DNA of 64,000 nt from NCBI GenBank assembly GCA_010015585.1, contig ML975158.1. One strand, 5' to 3'. The position numbers were made by a program, and so were the translations under genes. The DNA is from Eremomyces bilateralis CBS 781.70. Its lineage: Eukaryota. Shown here one piece after another: positions 48,017-57,837 of the stretch. Numbering within the stretch: position 1 is the first letter of the stretch; each line of letters begins with the position of its first letter. Under the pieces are notes generated by a model. The model searched no databases, was not told the DNA's origin, and saw nothing but the letters and a program-made list of their open reading frames with translations.

Positions 48017-51000
48017 ATGGAGACAGGCGACGCAATGGCAGACTCGCGGCCAACACGGAAGGCGAGCAAGAAGGCTCTAGAAGAGATGGCAAGAGAGACA
48101 CAGCGGTTGACTCGGTCCACGCAACTCACGCACCAAGCACGAACCAAGAAACGCTTCCCAGTTGCAGACCTTCTCAAGCGGTTCAATTACCGATCTGGAG
48201 CCCAAGAGCTCACATCCCCAGCCGAGAACGACGAGCCTTCACCTGAAGCTGATCAGCCTTTTTCTGACCAGGAGCACCGTGGCGCAGATGTTGAGACACC
48301 ACCAACAAGTCCAGCTGCAGCGCCAGTATCCTCGCACCGAGCCAAAGATTCACAGCATGATGAACCCCCAAAGTTGCCTTTCGATCCGTTGTACGATGAG
48401 TCCGACGATGAGCTTCCCACACTCAATGAAGCATTGGCACGAGCAAGCGAAAACAAACCAGTCAATGAGAGCAAAGCTGATTCTAGACCAAGCGACGGGC
48501 TGGGCACCACGAAATTCACTTCACTTTCCCGCAACAACAAATCTGTTGGCAGAAAATTCACTTTCTCGCGAGCAGCAGATAAAGCCCAGACTGGATCTTC
48601 ACTTCTTCAAAGACAGCCTCATTCAGATTTGCAATCATCAACCGCTCGAGCACACAAGCGCATCATGGATCGAAGCTCACTTGCCCACGACACCCTTTCT
48701 GATTCCGATGATGACTTGGAAATAATCCGCCCTCACCGATCACATCTTCCGATCTTTGACGATATCCCTTCTGCAAAAGCAACTGAGCCCGACTCTCTTC
48801 GCGTCTTGCGGACACTTGCCCACATTCATTCCCCAAGCAAAAGCAAGCGGTCACCTATCCACATGACTGCATCCGAACTGCAAACATCACTTCAGCGACG
48901 CGCCAAAGCACAAGCTGAGAACGAACGACAAGAACGCATCGAAGCATTGAAAGCAAAGGGCATCGTCGTTCAAACAGATGAAGAGCGTGAAAAAGAACAG
49001 CTTGAACTCGACAATCTTCTTGAGAAAGCTAGACGAGACGCAGCAACACTTGCAAAAAAAGAAAAGGTTCACAGAAAGCCTGGCGAAGACGAATTGCCTA
49101 GCAGTGATGAAGATGATGAATTTGAAGCCAGCGCTGAAGAAGACGAGGATCTGGAACTTTCTGGATCAGAGGATGATGATGCTTCCGATGCAGATGAGAG
49201 CATTGCCGGCATACTTGTGGACAACGAAGCGGACGACAGCGATGAAGACAGTCAAGCTGACGGTTTTATCTTTGCTTCACACATCAAGAGTCATGAGAGC
49301 AACACCATAGAGGGCATGAAAAACGACGCTCACGAAATGCGGGAAGAATATGGAAGCAATCTCGTCACAGGCAAACTACAGAGTTGTGCACCTCACCAGA
49401 CGGACAAGTCATGTACCTCCAATCTGCACACGCAGACGCATGAAGGGGAAGGTGGTTCTGTCTTGCCCAGTTCCGCTGAAACCTCACGTCTTTCCACGGG
49501 CATGCCACGGCCCTTCTTATCACACACTAGGACGGATGATGGGAAAGTCTCGGAGGAGGACCTTGACAGAACCACACGTTCAGAACGAACACATGATTTT
49601 GAGGTCGGAGAGGAGGACTCTGGCCGAATTTCATGTTCAAAGACGGGCCAGTCAAAGCACTGCGATCCGCACCATCCATCGAGGTTGTCCCGAAAGCGCA
49701 GGATTATTCTCGACGATGACGATATGGAAGACAGCGATCTCGTCTCTGATTCCAAGATTCCCTTACCAGCTCATTCACACGCTCACTCACCTGCCGCTTC
49801 TGACCTCGAGCAACCGCACTCCACGAACCAAGAGGACTCGCTCGCCGCTGCATTTGGCATCTCTGACACCGCTACCGATTCGTTGCCTGGCTTGACACAA
49901 CTTTTCGCTGGAACCATGGCCGACAGTTCACAAGAAGAAGCACCGCAAGGAAACGCAGATGATCTTCAGGAAGACTCGCTCGATTTTCTAAGAGCTATTC
50001 CATCGACTTTACCATCATTCGATAATTTGGTGTTTGGCTCTCAGAATCACGCTACACAGCACATGCAACCCGACCATTCTCAGTCCCACCCGACACGATC
50101 ACAGCCTCTCGACTTGGGCATCACACAGCTTGCATCACAAGAGCCATCGCAATTTCTGTCGCAATCCAACATGTCCGACTTCCCAAATCCAACACCTGAC
50201 GCCGGGTTTCAATTCAGCCACTCACCCATCGGAGCACCACCGCTACCTCACTCCACGATTTCCACTGTCCCTGTTCAGGACCCTGAATCACCAGTTCAAC
50301 GCCGTGGCCGACTTCAACGTCGCGAGCATCTGTCGAACTCTCCGTCTACCCAGGTCAATTCCGAGTCGAAATCACTCGATGATGTCCTTGAAGTACCTGG
50401 CGAAAATGGATTGGGTTCCCAATCACCAACCACGGCAGCTGGACCCTTGCGAATGATTCACTTTTCAAGCCGTCGATCTTCCCGGTCGGATGGTTCCGGT
50501 CGAGTTCCTGTCCATCGTAGCGGTCGAAATCCTGGAGAAAAACCACCGATCGGTCGGCGTGCGGCTGATGCGACTCGTCAAAGGTCGCACCATGAGGTTG
50601 TTTTCAGTGACGAAGACGAAAATGACGAGGGCATTGTCGGACTTGCGGGCAATGAGGAGGTGGAACACCTTGATGCGTTTAAGATTCTAAAAAAGCGTTC
50701 TGTGAAGCGGGCAGAGCAATCATTTGACAAGAAAAAGAGCGGTGCAAAGAACATGGTTGATGAACAAGCCGAAGAATCCGAAGACGAATATGCTGGTCTT
50801 GGCGGTGCCAGCGATGATGACAGCACAGGAGAGGTTGATGAAGAGATGCAGAAGATGATTGATGAGAGCCACATCGATGTGAATGAGAGAGAGCTCGCAG
50901 CCCTTTACGCCGGCAAGGCTCGGGCAGACGAAGAGAAACTTCTCCAAAAACTCTACAAGGACATCAACACAGGGGGGTTGCGACGCAAGCGAGATGGGTT

Positions 51001-51946
51001 GGACTTGAGCGATTCAGAGGATGAAGCGGTGGAACAGCGACGCAGAAAACAGAGAGATTTCGCGAAGATGCGAAAGGCGTTGCTGGAAGACGAAAACATT
51101 CAGACCATCGCGAGCAATCCGAAGCGGGAAGCATTCCTCCGCACACTCGAAGATCATGACGAAGATCTGGGAACTTTCACTGTTACTGAGGAACCAGCTG
51201 ACATGGCTCTCGATTCCCAAACTCAAGATTCTCAAGACTTTCAAGATCATCCAGGAGCAAACTCTACCAGACTCCAGTCACCCACCGATCACGCTGCTGG
51301 CGACAAAGTCAACTCTCTCAAGCGGTCACGAGATTCCAACGACGAGCAGGAAACTCGGCCACCTCCCGCTCTCCGCCGTACCGCCAACCCCATTCGCAAG
51401 CCAACCACGATTGCCGACATCCGCGAGAATGTCTCTTTCCTTATCGGCGAAGACGATTCACAAACAATCATCCCATATTCGCAGGAAAGCGAATCCGAGA
51501 CCGAAGAGTCTCACACATTCACACGAGTCGACACCGATTCAAGCAGCCAGTCTTATAGAGACCGCTACTCCGCCCACCGCGCAACGACATCCGCTAGCAA
51601 CACATCTCACAAATCAGCGTTCGTCACCTCGTCTCAAACGGACCGAAGCACAACATTCAAACCGCCAACCTTGCTTCGACGCGTCACTGCACGTACGAAC
51701 TCCACCGACAGCGGATCCGGCACGGGCGTCACGACTCGCGTGTCGACATCCGGTGGATCCAGTGAAAGCTCCGTCCGAATCGGCGGGACAAAGAAGGCGA
51801 ACATCCATCATCAGGCTCGTGAGGCGGAGCGGCGGGCGGCGATTGAGAAGGCAACATCGTCGGGAAGCGTCGTCATGAAGAAGAAGAAGACCGCACAGAA
51901 GAAGTCGGGGCTGGGTGCTTTGTTGGGTGGAAATGGATTTGAGTGA
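48017..51946 (+). CDS. MRC1: Mediator of replication checkpoint MRC1
   Basis: RKASKKALEEMARETQRL, MVDEQAEESEDEYAGLGGASDD, LYKDINTGGLRRKR, IASNPKREAFLRTLED; many SQ/TQ motifs. Confidence 0.9.
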   Translation: METGDAMADSRPTRKASKKALEEMARETQRLTRSTQLTHQARTKKRFPVADLLKRFNYRSGAQELTSPAENDEPSPEADQPFSDQEHRGADVETPPTSPAAAPVSSHRAKDSQHDEPPKLPFDPLYDESDDELPTLNEALARASENKPVNESKADSRPSDGLGTTKFTSLSRNNKSVGRKFTFSRAADKAQTGSSLLQRQPHSDLQSSTARAHKRIMDRSSLAHDTLSDSDDDLEIIRPHRSHLPIFDDIPSAKATEPDSLRVLRTLAHIHSPSKSKRSPIHMTASELQTSLQRRAKAQAENERQERIEALKAKGIVVQTDEEREKEQLELDNLLEKARRDAATLAKKEKVHRKPGEDELPSSDEDDEFEASAEEDEDLELSGSEDDDASDADESIAGILVDNEADDSDEDSQADGFIFASHIKSHESNTIEGMKNDAHEMREEYGSNLVTGKLQSCAPHQTDKSCTSNLHTQTHEGEGGSVLPSSAETSRLSTGMPRPFLSHTRTDDGKVSEEDLDRTTRSERTHDFEVGEEDSGRISCSKTGQSKHCDPHHPSRLSRKRRIILDDDDMEDSDLVSDSKIPLPAHSHAHSPAASDLEQPHSTNQEDSLAAAFGISDTATDSLPGLTQLFAGTMADSSQEEAPQGNADDLQEDSLDFLRAIPSTLPSFDNLVFGSQNHATQHMQPDHSQSHPTRSQPLDLGITQLASQEPSQFLSQSNMSDFPNPTPDAGFQFSHSPIGAPPLPHSTISTVPVQDPESPVQRRGRLQRREHLSNSPSTQVNSESKSLDDVLEVPGENGLGSQSPTTAAGPLRMIHFSSRRSSRSDGSGRVPVHRSGRNPGEKPPIGRRAADATRQRSHHEVVFSDEDENDEGIVGLAGNEEVEHLDAFKILKKRSVKRAEQSFDKKKSGAKNMVDEQAEESEDEYAGLGGASDDDSTGEVDEEMQKMIDESHIDVNERELAALYAGKARADEEKLLQKLYKDINTGGLRRKRDGLDLSDSEDEAVEQRRRKQRDFAKMRKALLEDENIQTIASNPKREAFLRTLEDHDEDLGTFTVTEEPADMALDSQTQDSQDFQDHPGANSTRLQSPTDHAAGDKVNSLKRSRDSNDEQETRPPPALRRTANPIRKPTTIADIRENVSFLIGEDDSQTIIPYSQESESETEESHTFTRVDTDSSSQSYRDRYSAHRATTSASNTSHKSAFVTSSQTDRSTTFKPPTLLRRVTARTNSTDSGSGTGVTTRVSTSGGSSESSVRIGGTKKANIHHQAREAERRAAIEKATSSGSVVMKKKKTAQKKSGLGALLGGNGFE

Positions 51947-52801
51947 ACGCGACGTCGCACCGGCGGCGTGTCATTGTTGGAAGGTTTTGTCATGCTTGCT
52001 TGGTCGATCGATGAGTCACGGGGTTGTTTCGTGTATGGTTCTGCGGTTTCGAGCATGGGTCGGACGGACGCGATATCGATGCTAGTCAACGACATGTCAT
52101 CGTTGGAGGGCTTTGACATGTTCGTTCGGTCTGGCTAGGAGCGTGTGGTTCTGTCAAACACGAGTGCTTTCAGGGCGGAAACTGGTTTGAATGAAGGAGG
52201 GATCGTATGCTCGATCGGCGGCATGTCATCGTTGGACCTTGGCATGCTCGCTTGGTTCGGCGATGGTCCTCGGGTTTCTCTTTTCAAAATGGGCAGGTCA
52301 TTGGTTCATGGGAATGGGGTTATGGTTCCTTTTTCAAAACTGGGATGGTCACTAGGTTCGGGGGATTGTTTTATGGGTTTATGGGTACGGGGTTTTCATG
52401 GGAATGGGTCTGCGGATGGGATTTCACTAATTACATATGGTTAACCTACTTGTTGCTCCCTGTTTATCATGGCTCGCGCCTTGCGAGTGTCAAAGGTGTG
52501 CTTTAGTGATGATAGCCTATGTTTAATTGTATGCCTGTGTTCAAGTTTGCGTCGAGTTTGCAGTGCGTTAGTAAGAACTAAGAAATAAAACAAACGCTTC
52601 CGGCCTCCCCCTCGAAACTATCATCAAAATCCCGCAAAGGAAACGCTGGCAAAGACGTCTATTGGGGGACTTCTCTACACCTGAGGGGAGATCCCGAACT
52701 GTTTCATATGAGCTATATACAGTGTCTAGATCTTTTGCTAAAGAATTCTCCGAGATGAAACGCAATCCAAACAACCCAGCATACTACCGTAGACCCACCT
52801 C

Positions 52802-54958
52802 CTATGTAACGACGACTCGAACTCTCCCAAGGTTCGTAGCTCTACCAAAAGCAGAGGCATTTCCTCGGACCAGATCCTGCCTTGCCGAAACGCCTTTCAG
52901 TACCGGGAAATAAGTTCCTGGTTGCGAGAAAGTATACGACGCTTTCACAACCGCTTGTCTGCCAGTTCCGTCCCTCAACTGGAGCGGTGCGGACACAGGG
53001 AAAGCCCCAGCGCCGTCGAAATCGAATTCCGCGGCGACGACACTGCCACCGAATGGTGGAACGGAAATCGTCCCGTTGAATTCGACCGCTACGCCGACTT
53101 TTGCGTTTGCGCGGGCTGTACCATTCACTGACAGGTTCGTGACCGGCTGGACGCCCTTTCGTTCATCCCCACTCGGGGGTAGAACCAGTTGGCCGTCGAC
53201 GAAGGTGTAGTTTGTGCTTGGTGGGGGCGGCAAGTCTTTCTCCACCCAGTTAATGAGGTCGCGAAGGGCTTGCTGGATGATAGGTGTGTACGACACGATA
53301 CGAGTGGCCTCAACAGGACGTGGCTCTTGAGGAGTTGGTTTCTGGGGGGATGTGTGCATACAGTTTTCCACCATCCACAACCGGAATCGAGAATCGATTG
53401 CGGAGCCCAAATTTTTCTTGACTTGCAGTTTGTACCAGTCGGCCTGCCAAGGGAAGGCGGCTTCGTCCATCCCGGCTTCAATGACGATCATCTTGCCTCG
53501 GAATTTCCCTGTCTGCGCGGTGCCAGTGCCGCTAAGGGCTGCTCCAAGCTGGGAAAGCTGCAGGCGTTGAGGGTATATCGGTTTGCCTTGACTTTGGAAT
53601 TGTTGCCAGACTGGAAACTCGGGACCCGGGCTCTGGTGACGATGATAGGTCTGCGATGCGAGGTAGAGGTCGTTGTCCAAAAATAGACCGTCACCTTCCT
53701 TCAAACCGAGCACCGCTTGAAGATTGGTTGCGCCGAATCCGATGATAACAGTGGAGTTGACAATGCCAGCAATGAAAAATCTACTCCCAATGTTAGGTCC
53801 AGATGTCAGTGTCAAAGACGCTCCTTGAAGATCACCGGTCGGAAGACTGGTCAGAATGACCGCCGCTGGGACGTTAGTCAGTCCACCACCAAGATTTCCA
53901 GGGAGCGTAACGGGAAGACCAAGTCTCCGAGCTTCATCCGCAAATATGATCCTCTGAATCGACGTGTTATGGTGAATCCGCGCGTCTGTTAGCGACTTGG
54001 GTGGATCGGCTCCGAGATAGCCTGGTTTGGTCCAGAAGTCCTGGAAGTAACTCCCATCGATCAATGCCAATGTGTCCAGCAACGCGGAAAACACGCCGGT
54101 ATACCCGACCGCAATCTTCTCATATCGGAACCAGGCCTGAGGAGGAAACCCCATCTTCGTTACTTCTGCAAGAGCCTGACGTTCTTCAACGTTGAGTCCA
54201 CTGTACATATCACCGCTTCCACCAGGTTCGATGCTGTCCACAATCATAGGAAACTTGGAACCCAACAGCCTCATAGCATAAGCTTGGCTGGTGAAGACGT
54301 TCGGTATACTGGCAGGAGAGCCAATGATGAACGGGACAGCAGCATCCCAAACTTCGGTATTCTCCATGCAAGAAATAGTCTTGAAACCACCACCGCTGCC
54401 CCCAAAGACATATCCGTATGGATGACGAGAACCATACATCTGCTGAGCTATTTTGCGCGAATAGGTAGCGGCTGCTCCACTCGCTCGAAACCCCGTAATG
54501 GTCTGGTCGAGTCCAGGGAACGCAGTAAGGCTTCCTTGGTTCGATTCAACGACATATGCCCCTGATTCGAAAGCGAACGGCGCGATATCGTCTATAATTG
54601 CGCCCAAGGCTTCCGGACTCAAAACAAGCCTCTCGTTTCCAGAGACTGCAGGGAGTGGCTGAAAAAAGCGGCCTTTGTACAAATCCTTCGGAGGAAAGTA
54701 GAATGAGAATCGCAAGTCTGTCCCATTGAACCCCCCATGAACATAGCGATGCCGCAAAGGCTGATCACGCCACTCATCTTCGTCAATATATGGCGAAGTA
54801 TAGAGCGAACTCGAGTCGTTTCTGGCTGCCTGTCGTCTGGTGATGGCACCTTTATTTTGCGTAGCATACGACACGCGGAGGATGGCTGAAAGGAGAACTA
54901 GCCATGCTGTAAATGAGATGACTGACTTGTTCATATTGGCTGACTTGTACAGAGACAT
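52802..54958 (-). CDS. Secreted alpha/beta-hydrolase-like (tannase-like) protein with C-terminal PKD-like domain, intronless
   Basis: Signal-like N-terminus (start 54958 or 54934); GGSGGG nucleophile motif; DEAAFPWQADWY; beta-rich C-terminus ending NLGRVRVVVT. Confidence 0.75.
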   Translation of the reverse strand: MSLYKSANMNKSVISFTAWLVLLSAILRVSYATQNKGAITRRQAARNDSSSLYTSPYIDEDEWRDQPLRHRYVHGGFNGTDLRFSFYFPPKDLYKGRFFQPLPAVSGNERLVLSPEALGAIIDDIAPFAFESGAYVVESNQGSLTAFPGLDQTITGFRASGAAATYSRKIAQQMYGSRHPYGYVFGGSGGGFKTISCMENTEVWDAAVPFIIGSPASIPNVFTSQAYAMRLLGSKFPMIVDSIEPGGSGDMYSGLNVEERQALAEVTKMGFPPQAWFRYEKIAVGYTGVFSALLDTLALIDGSYFQDFWTKPGYLGADPPKSLTDARIHHNTSIQRIIFADEARRLGLPVTLPGNLGGGLTNVPAAVILTSLPTGDLQGASLTLTSGPNIGSRFFIAGIVNSTVIIGFGATNLQAVLGLKEGDGLFLDNDLYLASQTYHRHQSPGPEFPVWQQFQSQGKPIYPQRLQLSQLGAALSGTGTAQTGKFRGKMIVIEAGMDEAAFPWQADWYKLQVKKNLGSAIDSRFRLWMVENCMHTSPQKPTPQEPRPVEATRIVSYTPIIQQALRDLINWVEKDLPPPPSTNYTFVDGQLVLPPSGDERKGVQPVTNLSVNGTARANAKVGVAVEFNGTISVPPFGGSVVAAEFDFDGAGAFPVSAPLQLRDGTGRQAVVKASYTFSQPGTYFPVLKGVSARQDLVRGNASAFGRATNLGRVRVVVT

Positions 54959-55680
54959 CAATTCGGGTGGAAGAAAGACAGATTAACCCGGAAATGAGGC
55001 CCAGGATGGTATTTCGACCCTCTGTAAGAACTTCAGACACAAGAGATGGCCGAGCATATGGTACGCATTCCCATAGATGAGTGGAACAATTCGGGGCATC
55101 GTGAAAGTCTGTATATATATCAATGTCGTTGATCTACGTATGCTAAACGAGCACCCGATAGTTGAGGATCCGAGGCCACTGATTCCCCCCTTCAACATCA
55201 ATTCTGACCCCCGCTTTCAAGTGTATAATTTTTGGTTTCGGTGGACCATCCAAAGAGGGCCAAGGCATGCCTATACATTTTTGACCGCATCAATGATTCG
55301 GGATGAATTTTGGAAATCAGCATCCCCTAGCAGAAGATATCTAATTCGCCGAGTCGAACCCTTGACTTTCGTACAATCCATGACGGACCGGATACGAGTA
55401 AGGACCAGTATTGTGCCGAGCTTGTTCGAAATATTTTTGTGCCGCCATTGCATAAACTCCCGGGACCGAAATGTGCAGAGTGACTTGAATTTGATAGAAA
55501 CACGGGGTCGCAACAACTTCAGGGCATGGTATACATAGTAGAGCTATGGAAGGAATATATGCAGAAAGAGACGGAATATTACTTATCAATTATCATCGAA
55601 ATATCTGCTCAAAGTTTAATATCGGCAGGACTATGATATGTCAGAGATACGGATAACTAATTAATGGAATTGGGATAAGA

Positions 55681-55913
55681 AGGTAGGGGCCCCGATTTCT
55701 GACCACCCCACACACATTCTGACCATCTCAAATGGGAATATTCGTTCCTAGATAATTAGCCAAATTGAACAATGCAAAAAATTTCAAGCACGATGTATTT
55801 GTGATTACTACGCCTCGCATAAATGGAGAAGCAATTTCTCAAGCTATTGAAGCTTTCAGAAACCAAAAATACCCATCAATCCATAAATGCGCGGAGGCCT
55901 ACCGCCTAAACTA
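55681..55913 (+). mobile_element. 5' remnant of a pogo/Fot1-like DNA transposon, truncated at a solo LTR
   Basis: Doubled TTCTGACCA motif at the putative end; frame from 55810 reads (T)PRINGEAISQAIEAFRNQKYPSIHKCAEAYRLNY, resembling a transposase N-terminal HTH with ATG changed to ACG. Confidence 0.6.
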
Positions 55914-56177
55914 TGTGAGATAAATAGCGGTTTCGCTCAATCAGGCGATTAATGCAACGACACGGTGGGAAAACCCCGTTAGATTCCAAAAGAGCGTAGA
56001 TGGATTGAACTTGATCCTGAAGAGCCGGATCCTACGAAAACAGGCTGTTCCTGCAGCTATTTTATATGGTTTACAATGGCGATCTATTCCCTATATAAAG
56101 GGAAAGAATAGGGGTGTATAATCGAATGCGGAATGAAGCCGTGGGGAAACGCCAAGAAACACAGATATTCTGTGACA
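55914..56177. mobile_element. Solo LTR, copy 2 (264 bp)
   Basis: TGT...ACA termini; near-identical to 28267-28527. Confidence 0.8.
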
Positions 56178-56796
56178 GAGGTCTATCCCACCCAAAACAA
56201 AGTATGTATGGGGGGTCACGGGAAGGAAAACGGCAAATGCCGTAAAACAGAGATATGCTGTAAACCTGACCTCTGACTCGGCTGATGGGAGAAATCTCAC
56301 CAGCTTATGTAAATACATAGGAGATGAGTGAGCAGCCCTAAATAGGCTTAGCCTAGGGGTAATGGGCAGAAGAAAAATGTTTCGTGGCAGTAGAAACGAA
56401 CAGGGGCATCTTACGACACCTGCAAATCCTTTGCCTGCGTCTCCTCCTGTTGCTCTTGAAATCGAATCACTTGTTGAATTGAAGATATAGTCACTAGCGA
56501 AATTGGCTTCTGCGCAAGCACAGCCAAAACTTTATTTCAACCATGAACCAGTCACCAAAACATTAGCCACAGCAGCTATTATGTTATATTGTCGCAGGCC
56601 AAGGCATGAGCTCTAGGAGCCTCAGGCTATAAACTGCATTAATAATCTCGCCATGACTCTCTTATATCTGTAGGACCGGGGAACCAGGCATTGACATAGA
56701 ACACACAACATAGAACAATGATTATCTATCAACCACAATTCAGCTCATGCAACATGGTCAAGACGTAATAGTCTTGTCAAAACGGGCCATATTGAT

Positions 56797-57790
56797 CTAC
56801 ACAACAGGGAGTTGACTCATAAGACCATTCCTCTTCACCGCAACAAAGAGAGTCGCATTGCCCGGAGCAGTCGCAAAGTAAAGGTGGTTCCGCATCGCAT
56901 CTCCTGAGAGCCGGTATTGTATACCCGTTCCAGGAAAAATTGCTGCGACTTCCTCAAACCACCCTGTAACAGAGGTACCATCCAGCTTGATAATTTGCAT
57001 CTCTATCATGATCTGCTGCCGATATGCGATGCCATTGGTTGTCTCTATAGGATACGCACCAAGGTCGCCAAGGTACGTCAATGGATTGTACTGGAGTGCC
57101 GCTAAATCTATTAATAAGACGGTCTGAATATTTGAGCCAGTGTCGTTCATGATCTCGACGGCAGTAGTAATACTTGGGTCACCACCAAACATCGCTGGGA
57201 GTCGGAACCTGGCAAGAATCTTCTGATGTTAGAAAGCCACATGGTTGAGAGAGGTAAATATACATAGTTACCTCATGCATGCTTCCAGAAGCATTTAACC
57301 CAAAGGACGTTGCCTGCGCCATTTGTATAGCTCCCGACTATTATTACAATCAACCCAAGGCTTTAGAATAGAAATATTTTCTATTCGTAAGAATCTACTG
57401 CCAAAGCAGCTGGGCTTGACTGCATAAGTTGATGGCCTATACTCTAGACGAAGAGAAAATGAGCCAAAGTAACGGAGATAAGGGTAGGGGAAGACGGACC
57501 GCTTCCCTCCATATTGCTTTACCAGTAGAACCCTTGGGCATCTTGTTGACGACCACGCCATCTACAAGCCAAATAGTTTGGCCCGGTTCGGCAACTTTCC
57601 CACCATTCTCATAGTAGTCGATGAGAAACTCAATGTTCTTGCGCTGACGTTGCATCTGGATCGAATCGTCATTTAGTAGCTCCCGTAAGTAGCCGAGCTT
57701 GAACTTGACAAGGTCAAAAGTTCCAACACGGGCAGGCGAGAAAGCAATGTCTTCGCTTCGTTCTTCTGTTCGTGCTTCTTGGTCCAACAT
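56797..57790 (-). CDS. Hypothetical multi-exon protein with a retropepsin-like DTGS motif
   Basis: Exons MLDQE...IWREA | SIGHQLMQSSPAALA | SGAIQMAQATSFGLNASGSMHE | ...ILARFRLPAMFGGDPSITTAVEIMNDTGSNIQTV...RLSGDAMRNHLYFATAPGN; splice model inferred. Confidence 0.55.
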
Positions 57791-57837
57791 GTTGAATGAT
57801 TCTCAAAGAGTATGGAGATGGCTATAACACCAAATGA

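Noticed and set aside
28267..56177. One giant LTR element bounded by the two LTR copies
   Set aside because: No gag/pol, no shared outer target duplication, and the interior holds ordinary host genes
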